Of a DNA stretch of 64,000 nucleotides, positions 9,229 to 19,541 are shown in pieces (within the stretch, counting starts at the first letter, position 1; every line of letters starts with the position of its first letter). The DNA lies in NCBI GenBank assembly GCA_965222605.1, contig OZ244960.1, positions 2,048,001-2,112,000 on the forward strand, written 5' to 3'. Origin of the DNA: Candidatus Latescibacterota bacterium (GTDB lineage Bacteria > Latescibacterota > UBA2968). The translations under genes and the position numbers were made by a program. The notes beneath the pieces are model-generated. The model had not been told where the DNA came from and ran no database searches. It saw nothing but the letters and a program-made list of their open reading frames with translations.

Positions 9229-11010
9229 ATGCAAAAACCACCATCATCTCTACCCGCTTTTTTATGGCACTTCCTACGTCCCCACAGACTGAGCGTTTTG
9301 GGATTAGTTGGTACGGGCGTCTTTTGGGCATTGGAAATGTCTTTCAAACCCTATTTGGTCAAATTGCTCATTGACGGCATTGTGGCTTATGGGGAAACGG
9401 CGGAAAATTTATTTAATCTGGTCGTTTTACCGGCAATTTTCTATGTGGCGTTATTGGAAGCGAACAATTTCAACTATAGAATGATGGATTTTATAAAGTT
9501 GCGGCTGATACCCAATTTAGAAAGGGATATCTCTGCCAGCATGTTCGATTATCTGGAGCGACATTCGTACCAATATTTTCAGAACCAATTTGCCGGAAAC
9601 CTTTCAAACAAGGTTATGGATATGGCAAGGGGAGCAGGAACGATTGTGGAGAGAATGGAGACATTTTTTTCTCACTTTACTGCACTGATTATTGCATCCA
9701 TTCTGCTTTTCTTTATTCATCCATTTTTTGCACTCGTTTTTGTTCTTTGGGCCGCTCTTTTCCTATCCGGTACTGTATTTCTTTCAAAGAGATCACACCA
9801 GTATTCAACCATTGCATCCGAGTCGCGCAGCATTGTAATGGGGAAAATTGTGGACAGTCTTGCCAATGTCATCAATATACATCTCTTCGCACGCAACAAG
9901 TACGAAAAGGAATATCTGCATGGGTACTTAAATGATGTAATGGAAAAAGACCGACGACTGAGGTGGTACCTGTTCAAGATCAAATATCTACAAGGATTTT
10001 CAATTACTTTGCTGGTAGGGGGTTGGCTCTTCTGTCTCGTCTATTACTATTCCCGGGGGCTGATCACCATTGGGGATTTTACGTTTGTCCTTACACTGGC
10101 AATGACGATTGTATGGGAAGTATGGAGATTGGCAGACTCACTTGTAGGATTTTCACAAGAACTGGGGATTTGCCGACAGGCCATTGCCATCGTAACAATT
10201 CCTCACGAGATTGCAGATGTTCGCGGAGCCAAACGGCTGAACATTTCAGATGGCGCGATTGTTTTCGACCAGGTCAGCTTCCACTACGTTCCGGGACGTG
10301 ATATTTTTGAGGATAAGACAATAGAAATTCAGGGAGGTCAGAGGGTCGGTTTGGTTGGATCTTCCGGAGTCGGTAAAACCACATTTGTCAATTTGATTCT
10401 TCGTTTCTTTGATGTGCAGAACGGGCGTATTCTGATTGATGGACAAGATATCAGTCAAGTCAAGCGAGAGTCACTCCACGAGCAAATAGCGATGATACCC
10501 CAAGATCCCGGTTTATTTCACCGCACATTGATGGAGAACATACGCTATGGTCGATTGGATGCGACAGATGAAGAAGTGATTGCGGCTTCTCAAAAGGGAC
10601 ACTGCCACGAATTTATCGAGCAGATTGAAGGCGGCTATCAGGCACTGGTTGGTGAACGCGGCATTAAACTTTCGGGAGGGCAGCGTCAGAGGATCGCCAT
10701 TTCAAGAGCCATATTGAAAAACGCTCCTATTCTCATCTTGGATGAGGCGACATCGGCCCTTGATTCAATTACTGAAAAATACATTCAGAAAAGCCTGGAA
10801 GACCTCATGAGAGATCGGACAACCATTGCTATCGCCCACCGCCTATCAACGCTTGCCACGATGGATCGCATTCTGGTGTTCAAAGATGGACAGATTGTTG
10901 AAGATGGTACGCATGTAGAACTTTTGGAACAGAAAAGCCACTATTTCCATTTGTGGCGTATGCAGGTCAGAGGTTTTTTGCCGAGAGAATCGAACAATGG
11001 TGAAAATTAG
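9229..11010 (+). CDS. ABC exporter, fused permease/ATPase (type IV)
   Basis: N-terminal transmembrane domain; GSSGVGKT, LSGGQRQR, ILDEATSALD, IAHRLST. Confidence 0.93.
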   Translation: MQKPPSSLPAFLWHFLRPHRLSVLGLVGTGVFWALEMSFKPYLVKLLIDGIVAYGETAENLFNLVVLPAIFYVALLEANNFNYRMMDFIKLRLIPNLERDISASMFDYLERHSYQYFQNQFAGNLSNKVMDMARGAGTIVERMETFFSHFTALIIASILLFFIHPFFALVFVLWAALFLSGTVFLSKRSHQYSTIASESRSIVMGKIVDSLANVINIHLFARNKYEKEYLHGYLNDVMEKDRRLRWYLFKIKYLQGFSITLLVGGWLFCLVYYYSRGLITIGDFTFVLTLAMTIVWEVWRLADSLVGFSQELGICRQAIAIVTIPHEIADVRGAKRLNISDGAIVFDQVSFHYVPGRDIFEDKTIEIQGGQRVGLVGSSGVGKTTFVNLILRFFDVQNGRILIDGQDISQVKRESLHEQIAMIPQDPGLFHRTLMENIRYGRLDATDEEVIAASQKGHCHEFIEQIEGGYQALVGERGIKLSGGQRQRIAISRAILKNAPILILDEATSALDSITEKYIQKSLEDLMRDRTTIAIAHRLSTLATMDRILVFKDGQIVEDGTHVELLEQKSHYFHLWRMQVRGFLPRESNNGEN

Positions 11011-11086
11011 TTTGGCATTATTAATAGTGTGAACACACCGTTTCTGATGAAAAAAAGGAAGTTGATAGAATAAGAAGGGATTCGCA

Positions 11087-13498
11087 ATGTTTGAAAACTA
11101 TCTAAAAGTTGCAGTTCGAAACCTGTTTAAGTTCAAGATGTTTTCGTTCCTGAATATCAGTGGTTTAGCTATTGGGATGGCATGTTGTATTTTGGTTTTT
11201 TTATATATACAGGATGAAATGGGGTACGACCAGTTCCACGAAAAAAGCAATCGCATTTACCGGGTGCTAAGAGAAAGGAAAGCCAATAGCGGCGAATTCC
11301 AGACGCATCCGGGTACGTCAGGTGCGCTTGCACCGTCTCTGTTGAAAGATTTTTCAGAAATACAAAGTGCTGTCCGGACCTGGGACATTGATACGTGGAT
11401 AAACTATAAAGAGAAATGGTTTCAACAAAAATTTATGATGACCGATTCTAAAATCTTTGAAATCTTCTCTTTTCCTTTCGTAAAAGGCGATCCGGGGACA
11501 GCCCTGATGGAACCCTATACCGTTGTTCTCACTCAGGAAATGGCGAATAAATTTTTTCCCGACGAAGATCCCATAGGCCGAACAATCACCGTTGAACATC
11601 GATATTTTAGAGGGGATTACAAAATCACAGGTGTCCTGAAAAACATTCCAATAAATTCGACAATTCAATTCGATTTTCTCGCTTCGTCTGCTTCATCGGA
11701 ATGGAGACAAAAAGAATTTGCTGGCATTGTGTGGGAAAGGTGGCAACGCGAGAGTGGTTGGCTGCCAATAGAAACTTTTATTTTGCTACAAGAAGGGTAT
11801 CCACCTTTCAAATTGGAACAAAAATTGAGCGATTTTATGCTTCGTTATATGGGGGAGGAAGTCCAATCACACAATGTATATCACCTTCAACCGCTTAACC
11901 GCATTCACCTCTATTCTAACGTAGATTACGATATGACCATGTATAGTGACATCTCGTATATCTACCTACTCTCTACACTTGCCTTTTTTATTTTGTTCCT
12001 TGCCTGTATCAATTTTGTGAATCTCGCTACGGCACGCGCCACCACCAGGGCAATAGAAGTAGGTATGCGGAAGGTGGTAGGTGCTGACCAGCGGATATTG
12101 ATTGTACAATTTTTGGGAGAATCCTTTCTGCTGTCATTACTCGCCCTCTTGTTGGCATTGAGTTTTGTTGAGCTTTTCCTGCCTACCTTTAATGCCTTTA
12201 CACTTAAGGCATTATCACTAAGTATCCAGAACGGATCTCTATTGGTCGGATTATCCGGTATTACGGTATTGGTCGGCCTATTTTCCGGAATTTATCCTGC
12301 TTTTGTTTTATCTGCCTTTGAGCCTATGGATATTCTCAAAGGAGGCAAGTTAGTTGCTACTAAAAACAGCACTCGATTCCGAAAAGGATTGGTTATTTTT
12401 CAATCCTCAATTTCTGTTATATGTATCATCGGCACGATAACCGTCTTCAATCAAATGAACTATATGAGGAATAAAGACCTCGGTTTCGATAAAGATCACG
12501 TCATGGTTCTGGAGTTATACCAGACAGATCGATCATTGGCGAGCAATTATCGCGCAATACACCAGGAATTTCTAAAACATCCAGATATATTGGCGGCAAC
12601 GGCTTCTCATTCATTGCCCAATATTTGGTCGGGAGAGCACTGGGTGGTTTACCCAGAAGGAAGCAATTCGGATGGTTGGGAGATGAATATATTGGCTGTT
12701 GATGAGAACTTTTTGGATTTTTTTGACATCGAAATTAAAGAAGGCCGAAATTTCTCAAGCGACATTGGACGCGACACCACAAGTGCCTATATCCTGAATG
12801 AAACGGCGGTCAAACAACTGGGTTGGGAGAAGCCAATTGGCAAACGGTTTGAGTGGAATGATAGGCCCGGAAAAGTAATTGGCGTCGTCGAGGATTTTCA
12901 TCTGCTATCTTTGCACGAAAAAATAGGACCTGTTTTCGTCTGCATGTGGGTTTCCAAATGGAATAATCTCTCCCTCAAAATTCGGAAAGATAATATTGCC
13001 AACACGATCCAATTCGTGGAAAACCAGTGGAAACGACTAATCCCAAATCTTCCCTTCAACTTTTATTTTTTAGATGAAAACATAGATAAATTGAATTATG
13101 AGGCTGAAATAAAATTAGAAAAAATGCTCCGAGTAGCGTCATTGATTACAATTTTTGTAGCCTGTCTGGGCTTATTTGGGCTAACTGCCTTTACCGTACA
13201 ATATCGCACCCACGAAATGAGTATCCGAAAGGTACTGGGTGCTTCTAAGTTCAACATTTGGTGGTTGCTCGTGAGGGATTTTTTAAGACTCCTTTTATTC
13301 ACCAATATCATTGCATGGCCCATAGCTTTTTTCGTCATGGAGGCCTGGCTGCAGGATTTTCATTATCGCGTTCCTGTGGATCTTATAACGCTGATCCTGG
13401 GTAGTGGGATATCCCTGGTGATTACCCTGCTTACCATCGTCTATCATACCCTGAAAACTGCTTTGTTAAATCCCATTCATCATTTGCGGTACAAGTGA
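11087..13498 (+). CDS. MacB/FtsX-family ABC permease
   Basis: MFENYLKVAVRNL, LQPLNRIHLYS, EVGMRKVVGA, NPIHHLRYK. Confidence 0.92.
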   Translation: MFENYLKVAVRNLFKFKMFSFLNISGLAIGMACCILVFLYIQDEMGYDQFHEKSNRIYRVLRERKANSGEFQTHPGTSGALAPSLLKDFSEIQSAVRTWDIDTWINYKEKWFQQKFMMTDSKIFEIFSFPFVKGDPGTALMEPYTVVLTQEMANKFFPDEDPIGRTITVEHRYFRGDYKITGVLKNIPINSTIQFDFLASSASSEWRQKEFAGIVWERWQRESGWLPIETFILLQEGYPPFKLEQKLSDFMLRYMGEEVQSHNVYHLQPLNRIHLYSNVDYDMTMYSDISYIYLLSTLAFFILFLACINFVNLATARATTRAIEVGMRKVVGADQRILIVQFLGESFLLSLLALLLALSFVELFLPTFNAFTLKALSLSIQNGSLLVGLSGITVLVGLFSGIYPAFVLSAFEPMDILKGGKLVATKNSTRFRKGLVIFQSSISVICIIGTITVFNQMNYMRNKDLGFDKDHVMVLELYQTDRSLASNYRAIHQEFLKHPDILAATASHSLPNIWSGEHWVVYPEGSNSDGWEMNILAVDENFLDFFDIEIKEGRNFSSDIGRDTTSAYILNETAVKQLGWEKPIGKRFEWNDRPGKVIGVVEDFHLLSLHEKIGPVFVCMWVSKWNNLSLKIRKDNIANTIQFVENQWKRLIPNLPFNFYFLDENIDKLNYEAEIKLEKMLRVASLITIFVACLGLFGLTAFTVQYRTHEMSIRKVLGASKFNIWWLLVRDFLRLLLFTNIIAWPIAFFVMEAWLQDFHYRVPVDLITLILGSGISLVITLLTIVYHTLKTALLNPIHHLRYK

Positions 13499-13556
13499 TT
13501 GCTCCTGGGTTGCAGTTGTCATTAAAACTGACGGCCTCCGTGTTAGTGGATAAGGA

Positions 13557-14123
13557 ATGAAGCCAATGAGCAGTAAGAAATCCGAACCCAGCAAACAGCC
13601 TTTACTCGGTTTGAAGCGTGGAGAGTTGTCCATTTCCCCTTATCGGGAAGAATGGAAAACCTTATTTGAAAGAGAAAAGAAGGATATTGAAAAAGCTATT
13701 GGAGATTATATCGAGGATATTCAGCATGTCGGCAGCACATCAATTCCAGGCATGTCTGCCAAGCCGATTCTGGACATTGCAATCGCTGTCAAAGACTTTG
13801 AGAAAGCCAGAATATGTATAGAACCGCTTTCTAAAATGGGATACGCTTTCAAGGGCGAGAATGGCATACCTCGCAGACACTATTTTCTAAAAGGCGAGCC
13901 ATGCACCCATCACATCCATCTGCTCGAAAAAACCAGTGAAGAATGGGAGAAATTGATCTTATTCCGGGACCACCTGAGATCGAATCAAAATACCGCCGAA
14001 GATTACAAAAAATTGAAAATCGATCTATCTGAAAAACATCGAGAAGACCGGAAATCCTATCAGGCCGCAAAGAGTGATTTCGTTGAAGCGGTCATACGAA
14101 AAAGCCTTCTGGATTGCGGCTAA
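13557..14123 (+). CDS. GrpB-family nucleotidyltransferase-like protein
   Basis: IQHVGSTSIPGMSAKPILDI, FRDHLR, YQAAKSDFV. Confidence 0.88.
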   Translation: MKPMSSKKSEPSKQPLLGLKRGELSISPYREEWKTLFEREKKDIEKAIGDYIEDIQHVGSTSIPGMSAKPILDIAIAVKDFEKARICIEPLSKMGYAFKGENGIPRRHYFLKGEPCTHHIHLLEKTSEEWEKLILFRDHLRSNQNTAEDYKKLKIDLSEKHREDRKSYQAAKSDFVEAVIRKSLLDCG

Positions 14124-14218
14124 AACCATGCCGCAATGACAAACGGGAGCCTGCCCCGTAGTGACTCTATACGGGGGCACGGGGACCGTCCCCTACTACC
14201 ACGCCGCGATGACGGCGC
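14105..14218. repeat. Composite REP-like palindromic element
   Basis: ctggattgcggctaaaaccatgccgcaatgac plus ggcacggggaccgtcccctac; related copies near 29362, 49580, 59109 and 61509. Confidence 0.75.
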
Positions 14219-14235
14219 TGTTGAACTGAGGCATT

Positions 14236-15051
14236 CTAATCACCCGCTCTTGAAGGCCGCATATACAACGCCTCAAAGCGATCCCTGGCCTCCCATCCCA
14301 ACAACCGCTTCGCCTTATCGGGCCGATACTTATCGTGCGGCAGCCGCGCGCAAATAAAAAAATTCTCATAAAGCGACGGCATCTCGGGCGCTCGCAGCCC
14401 GCACAAAAACGCCGTACCCGTATCCTCCCACGACGTCGAATAGGGATGTACACCGCGCCCATGTTCCTCGGGCAGCACCTCTCCCGGCCGAAAACTCGTA
14501 TAGACAAATGTAAGCACCTCCAGGCCCTCGCGCTCGGCAAAAACGCGCGTAACATGCCCGCCCAGATACTTGGTCACAGCGTAGAGATCATCGCCTGGAT
14601 GCAGCGGAATATCGGCTTCCAATTGGAAGTCGTGCCAATAATCGGCATTGTGGTCCAGCGAAGTGTGAAAAGGCCCGGTGTGAATCAACCGCTTAATCCC
14701 ACATGCCACGCAGGCTTTGGCCACATTGTATGCACCGACCATATTGACCTGAAAAGCCAGCACCGGATGTGGCCGAATGACAGAAACATTGATCGCCGCA
14801 TCCATCCCCTCGCACGCAGCCAGCACCTGTGCATAATCGGTAATATCGACAACCCGATTTTCGTGCGGCGGTCCCAACACCTCTGGAATCGGCGCCCGGG
14901 GACTTTGCGGCGGCGAAACCGCTATCTCTGTCATCGGACGAAGATCGGTCACCCGCAAAGTATAATGGTCTTTAAGCGCAGAAATCGCCGCTGCACCCAC
15001 CGGACCACCCGCCCCAAACAACACCACATTGCCCTCATTTACAGTTCCCAT
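14236..15051 (-). CDS. NAD-dependent epimerase/dehydratase family protein
   Basis: GAGGPVG, VNMVGAYNV, YAVTK. Confidence 0.85.
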   Translation of the reverse strand: MGTVNEGNVVLFGAGGPVGAAAISALKDHYTLRVTDLRPMTEIAVSPPQSPRAPIPEVLGPPHENRVVDITDYAQVLAACEGMDAAINVSVIRPHPVLAFQVNMVGAYNVAKACVACGIKRLIHTGPFHTSLDHNADYWHDFQLEADIPLHPGDDLYAVTKYLGGHVTRVFAEREGLEVLTFVYTSFRPGEVLPEEHGRGVHPYSTSWEDTGTAFLCGLRAPEMPSLYENFFICARLPHDKYRPDKAKRLLGWEARDRFEALYMRPSRAGD

Positions 15052-15062
15052 AACATCTCTCC

Positions 15063-15662
15063 TCAAGCAAAGCGCCCACTCGACGCCACATGCGCCAGCG
15101 ACCAGTGGTGCCCCTCGCGCTCGGCTATAAGCGCCTCCCGAACCGCCGCCACCGCATCCTCTGCCATCGTCTCCTCACCCAACGCACCAAGGCGCAAACA
15201 GCGCACTTCGATCTGACCCGTACGGGCAATCTCTCGCCCCACCAACTCAGCCATAAGCGGCGCCAGAGACCCGGCCTCCGCTCGCGGCAGCGCATTCCAC
15301 TGCGGATCAACGATATATTCCTCCGGATAATCCCGCACCAAATCCAGACAACTCAACAGCACCACCTTCTCAACACCGGCGGCACAGGCAGCCGTCAGTG
15401 CCACATAAGCACCCCTCGCCGCAGCGTCGAGCAGAACCTGTTCGCTATCACCCGTCGAATCACTGGCCGCCGCGTACACAACCGCCTCTACGCCTCCCAG
15501 CACCGGGTCCAACGACTTCCGCTCAAGCAAATCCACCTGTCGGTACCCGTCCAGACCAGGGGCATCTTCCGAACCAATCGCCACCACCTCAAAGCCCGCG
15601 CCCAACCCATCCGCCAACAGTGCACCCCAGGGGCGATCCGCGCCAATCACTGCCACATTCAT
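15063..15662 (-). CDS. Degenerate NAD(P)-binding epimerase-like protein
   Basis: VAVIGADRPWG Rossmann-like start; no YxxxK; co-oriented with the epimerase. Confidence 0.6.
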   Translation of the reverse strand: MNVAVIGADRPWGALLADGLGAGFEVVAIGSEDAPGLDGYRQVDLLERKSLDPVLGGVEAVVYAAASDSTGDSEQVLLDAAARGAYVALTAACAAGVEKVVLLSCLDLVRDYPEEYIVDPQWNALPRAEAGSLAPLMAELVGREIARTGQIEVRCLRLGALGEETMAEDAVAAVREALIAEREGHHWSLAHVASSGRFA

Positions 15663-15839
15663 GGTATCTCCTCTCTGAAATCTGACTCACCATCCCGCAA
15701 TATACGCGATTCTCTCCGCGGAACGCAACCTTCAAAAAGCGCGAATATCTATTTGTCTTGCTCCTGCATCTCAAAGGCTATATTTTGCCATCAATTAGAC
15801 CGCATCATCCACCAGCTATTCTTTCAAGGAGAACCGGAC

Positions 15840-17585
15840 ATGGACCGCGAATCTATGACCAATGCAGAGAATCACTTCTTCGACACCGAAGGCTATATCA
15901 TTGTCCCCGGTGCCCTCACCTCGAAAGAAGTCGATTCCCTCAACAACACCCTCGACAAAGCCGGACCCACCGACAATCTCCTGACACTATCCGCTCCTCT
16001 GCGGGAACCCTTCCGCGACCTTCTGGTCCATCCCTTACTGGTCTGGTACCTCAACCAGATCTGTGGCTCCGGCTTTCGCCTGGACACAGCACCTCGCCTG
16101 ATCGGAGAAACTGCTGGCGACGACCCCAACGCCCCGCTACAGGGCAACAACGAACCCAGAGATACCGCCCGGGCCTACTACTTTCAGAACCACTACCGCG
16201 TCTGCCACGGCGTACGCGTCATCTGGGCACTCTGCGATGTCAATGCGGACGACGGCGGCGTGGTCCTGATTCCGGCCAGCCACAAAAGCAATGTAGAAGT
16301 GCCCGAAGACCTCCTCACAGGCGCAGACGACATGGACCTGGTCAAACAACCCGTGCTCAAAGCCGGCGATCTGCTCATCATTGCCGGAACCACCCTTCAG
16401 GGCCTCCGCCCCTGGAAAGGGCGCAATCCACAGCGTCTCCTCGCCTGTGAATATGCCAACCGCGCTGTCCTGCAATCCAACGGGCCAGGAGCAAAACCAG
16501 AACCCAGACCAGAATGGATGGATGGCCTGCCGCCCGAACATGTGGCCGTCCTCTCCAAACCCGGATACAAAGACACCACCGACCCGCCGCCAAGCCTCAA
16601 TACCGATGGCAAAAAGACCTGGCTGGAAAAATCGCCGGACATTATCCACCCCTCGTTTTACAAACCCGATCCCGACGCTGGCATTGACCACAAAGAACTC
16701 TACTTCTGGGACCTCACCGGCTACCTCATCGTGCGCAATGTCATGGACGAAGAATGGCTGGAACAGGCCAACGAAGCCATCGACAAATTTTCCGATCGCA
16801 TTGTCGTGGGCGAAGAACTCGCCCGGGGATCCAAAAGCCTCCGGGGCACCGGACGCCCCACCCTCAGCGGCCTTCTTCACTTGCCCGAACCCTATTGCGA
16901 TCCCTTCCGCAAAATGCTCATCCACCCGGCCGTCATCGGTCGCCTCAACTGGATGATGGGCAGCGGCTATCGGTGCGACGGGGCAACCGCCTTCTGTTCG
17001 GTCAAAGGATCCACCGGGCACTCCCTCCACGGCGGCAACGAACCCCTCACACCCTCCCGAAGCTACGTCTTCCAGAATGGCCGCAGCCATGCCGAATTTG
17101 TCCGCGCTGTCTGGCAATTGCACGACATAACGCCCGGCGGCGGAGGGTTCGTCTGCGTCCCGGGAAGCCACAAAGCCTATTATCGCATGCCCGAAGGCAT
17201 CCGCACCAGCGACGACGACATGGGCACCATCCGCCAACCGGTCCCGAAAGCCGGCGACATCCTCTTTTTTATGGACACCGTCCTCACCCACGGAGCCTGG
17301 GCCTGGAAATCTGACATCAGCCGCCGGTCCGTCTTCTTCACATACCAGTCCCGCCACCACTCCTGGAGCGGCGGCGTCATCGAACCCGAAGACCGCTGGG
17401 GAGAAGACATAGTCGAAGGCATGACCGACGCCCAATTTGCCGTCATGCGCGGCTCCACCCGCGACGTCCGGAGTAGAAACACACCCCGCCTCGTTGTAGA
17501 AAACGGCCAACTAAGCGTCTCCTACGACGCCATGGGAGACCCTTATGAATACCCGGTCCGAAAACCGGACGACAAGAAAAAATAA
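15840..17585 (+). CDS. Tandem two-domain PhyH-family Fe(II)/2OG oxygenase-like protein
   Basis: Two repeats of GY[IL]IV..., P[AG]SHK and KAGD; GGAG RBS upstream of ATG 15840. Confidence 0.88.
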   Translation: MDRESMTNAENHFFDTEGYIIVPGALTSKEVDSLNNTLDKAGPTDNLLTLSAPLREPFRDLLVHPLLVWYLNQICGSGFRLDTAPRLIGETAGDDPNAPLQGNNEPRDTARAYYFQNHYRVCHGVRVIWALCDVNADDGGVVLIPASHKSNVEVPEDLLTGADDMDLVKQPVLKAGDLLIIAGTTLQGLRPWKGRNPQRLLACEYANRAVLQSNGPGAKPEPRPEWMDGLPPEHVAVLSKPGYKDTTDPPPSLNTDGKKTWLEKSPDIIHPSFYKPDPDAGIDHKELYFWDLTGYLIVRNVMDEEWLEQANEAIDKFSDRIVVGEELARGSKSLRGTGRPTLSGLLHLPEPYCDPFRKMLIHPAVIGRLNWMMGSGYRCDGATAFCSVKGSTGHSLHGGNEPLTPSRSYVFQNGRSHAEFVRAVWQLHDITPGGGGFVCVPGSHKAYYRMPEGIRTSDDDMGTIRQPVPKAGDILFFMDTVLTHGAWAWKSDISRRSVFFTYQSRHHSWSGGVIEPEDRWGEDIVEGMTDAQFAVMRGSTRDVRSRNTPRLVVENGQLSVSYDAMGDPYEYPVRKPDDKKK

Positions 17586-17654
17586 AAACACGCGACACAC
17601 CAGAATGGGATCGCGTCTTGTGGAGACATGTTGATTGCTTGTGTACCGTGCCGG

Positions 17655-17887
17655 ATTGACCTGGAATTACAACGCGCAAAGGGGATCATGGAATGAGTAA
17701 AGTAAGTGACTTACACAAGAAATGGAGTCACGACTCTGAGTACCTGGCTGCTTATGAAGAACTCGGCCTGGAGTTCGACCTGGCCCGTGTGCTGATTGAG
17801 GCCCGAATTGGTGCCAAGCTCACGCAAGCGCAACTTGCCAAGCGCATGAAGACAACGCAATCGGTCATTGCCCGGCTTGAGAGCGGG
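17655..17887 (+). pseudogene. RelE-type toxin C-terminal remnant plus truncated XRE/HTH antitoxin
   Basis: IDLELQRAKGIME* overlaps the ATG at 17693; LTQAQLAKRMKTTQSVIARLESG then runs into the antisense of the next gene. Confidence 0.7.
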
Positions 17888-18277
17888 GATGTCGCCGAGC
17901 AGCCAGGCTTCACCCTCTTCTATGGCAATACAAAACCGGGTCTCTGGCCTGGAATTGCACGCATTCAGAACTCTGAAAAGTTCCTGACGAAATACTTTCA
18001 GACATTTATCATCCAGGTCGCAAACCACAATCACTGCTGCTGAATAGTTCGCCGGGTAGCTGGCAAATGTCTTTCCATGTCCTCTGAGCAACCTGATAAG
18101 TTGGTTGAGCAAAATGCGCTTACTCGCATCGGTACTGCTCTTGAGATTTTTGGGAATATGTCCGATTCCCCGGTATTCAATAACCCTGAATGTATGCTGA
18201 TCACCGATAATCTTTGGAATCAGAATATCGAGTGCCTTCTTACCGGACAGGTCTTCGACGAGTACTTCAAAGTGCAT
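17882..18277 (-). pseudogene. DUF4276-like (TOPRIM-like) protein, 3' truncated
   Basis: EVLVED, VCDLD, EEGEAWLLGD; family-like sequence ends at GDIPA, where it meets the antisense of the XRE gene. Confidence 0.7.
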
Positions 18278-18281
18278 CCAA

Positions 18282-19541
18282 TCACCTCTCGTCGAAATAA
18301 TCGCTGTACCAGAGGCCTCCCAATGGCAAACCCTCTGCGACCATGTTATTCACGATTGGATCCTCACTTGCCCGGCGAATCGTCGAAAAACCATCTGAGC
18401 CCTTTTCCAGAATCCAGACTTCATTCGGCTCAAGGGCATTGACCAAATACGGCTGGTGTGTAGTGATAAAAACCTGCGATCCACCGGGAACATCGGCGTG
18501 TTCGCGAAACTCATTAGCCAGGGTCTCCAGCAGCTTGTGATACAGGCCGTTCTCCGGTTCTTCAATACAGAGAAATGGAGGCGGACTCGGATCTTCCAGC
18601 AGCAAAAGATAGGCAAACACTTTGAGCGTTCCATCGGACATTTGCTGCGCGTAAAAGGGATCTTGAAAGCCTTTGTCATTGAACCTGAGCAGCAACCGTC
18701 CGTCACTGGTTCTCTCCGTATCGATCTTGTCTATACCCGGAATTTTCCCGGCAATATTTTTTAAGATAGCCTGAAAACGATCTGGATGTTCGCGCTCCAT
18801 AAATTGCACGACATTGCCGAGATTGTCGCCATGGATATTGAGACGGTTCTGTGGACCCGCCAGCGGCAGACTACGCGCTGCATCCGGAGTGAAATAACTC
18901 AGATACCACCCTTCAATAAAGCGGCGAAACGCGGAAATACGCGGATGTTGTTTCAAAGCACCGAGTGTCGCAATGCCTAACTTGCGCCGATCTTCCAATT
19001 CGACGAATTCAGCATCTTTGGGACCTTTCCTTTCTTTTACCATCGGGGAAACATCGAACCCTTCTGTTTCATCGATTTGACCAACTGCCTCGCTTCCCTT
19101 CCACACAAAGCCATAGCCTTCCACGAGAAATAGAAAAAACAGATTTAGGTTATTTTCCCTATTCTCTTGCATCTGTTCTCGCAACACATAGGGACGCCCG
19201 AACTCGTCTACACCAATGTCGATTATGTAGTTAATAGGCCGTGCGTTTCTCTGCTCTCTATAATACACTTCGAACTCAATAGGACCTGTTTGTCCCTGCG
19301 TCCGCAGTTTCTCGAACCCACCGCGCCCCCGTGCATCACAAGCCTCCTCAGCGCCGAACTTGAGGGCATCTGCAAGGAATCCAAACGCATCGAATAGGGC
19401 ACTTTTTCCCACGCCATTTTTTCCGATTACCGCTGTCATAGGGGTAAGCGGTTGGCTATCTCGTTGATTCCACAGGGGACCCAGCGTAACATCCTTGAGC
19501 ACCTTAAAATTTTTGATTCTCAAGCCTTCTATCCTGGCCAT
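18282..19541 (-). CDS. AAA_21-type ABC ATPase, partner of the DUF4276-like gene
   Basis: GKNGVGKS, MSDGT, CIEEPENGL, TTHQP. Confidence 0.88.
   Translation of the reverse strand: MARIEGLRIKNFKVLKDVTLGPLWNQRDSQPLTPMTAVIGKNGVGKSALFDAFGFLADALKFGAEEACDARGRGGFEKLRTQGQTGPIEFEVYYREQRNARPINYIIDIGVDEFGRPYVLREQMQENRENNLNLFFLFLVEGYGFVWKGSEAVGQIDETEGFDVSPMVKERKGPKDAEFVELEDRRKLGIATLGALKQHPRISAFRRFIEGWYLSYFTPDAARSLPLAGPQNRLNIHGDNLGNVVQFMEREHPDRFQAILKNIAGKIPGIDKIDTERTSDGRLLLRFNDKGFQDPFYAQQMSDGTLKVFAYLLLLEDPSPPPFLCIEEPENGLYHKLLETLANEFREHADVPGGSQVFITTHQPYLVNALEPNEVWILEKGSDGFSTIRRASEDPIVNNMVAEGLPLGGLWYSDYFDER

Noticed and set aside
9229-13498. RiPP or bacteriocin cluster
   Set aside because: The exporter has no C39 peptidase domain, and I see no precursor peptide or modifying enzyme
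15090-15839. 250-aa N-terminal extension of the two-domain PhyH ORF
   Set aside because: It is the antisense of the 15063-15662 gene; a good RBS precedes ATG 15840
16137-17510. 457-aa antisense ORF and similar shadow ORFs (14335-15216, 48574-49401, 59658-60365)
   Set aside because: They lie opposite well-supported genes, have no motifs and are explained by codon bias
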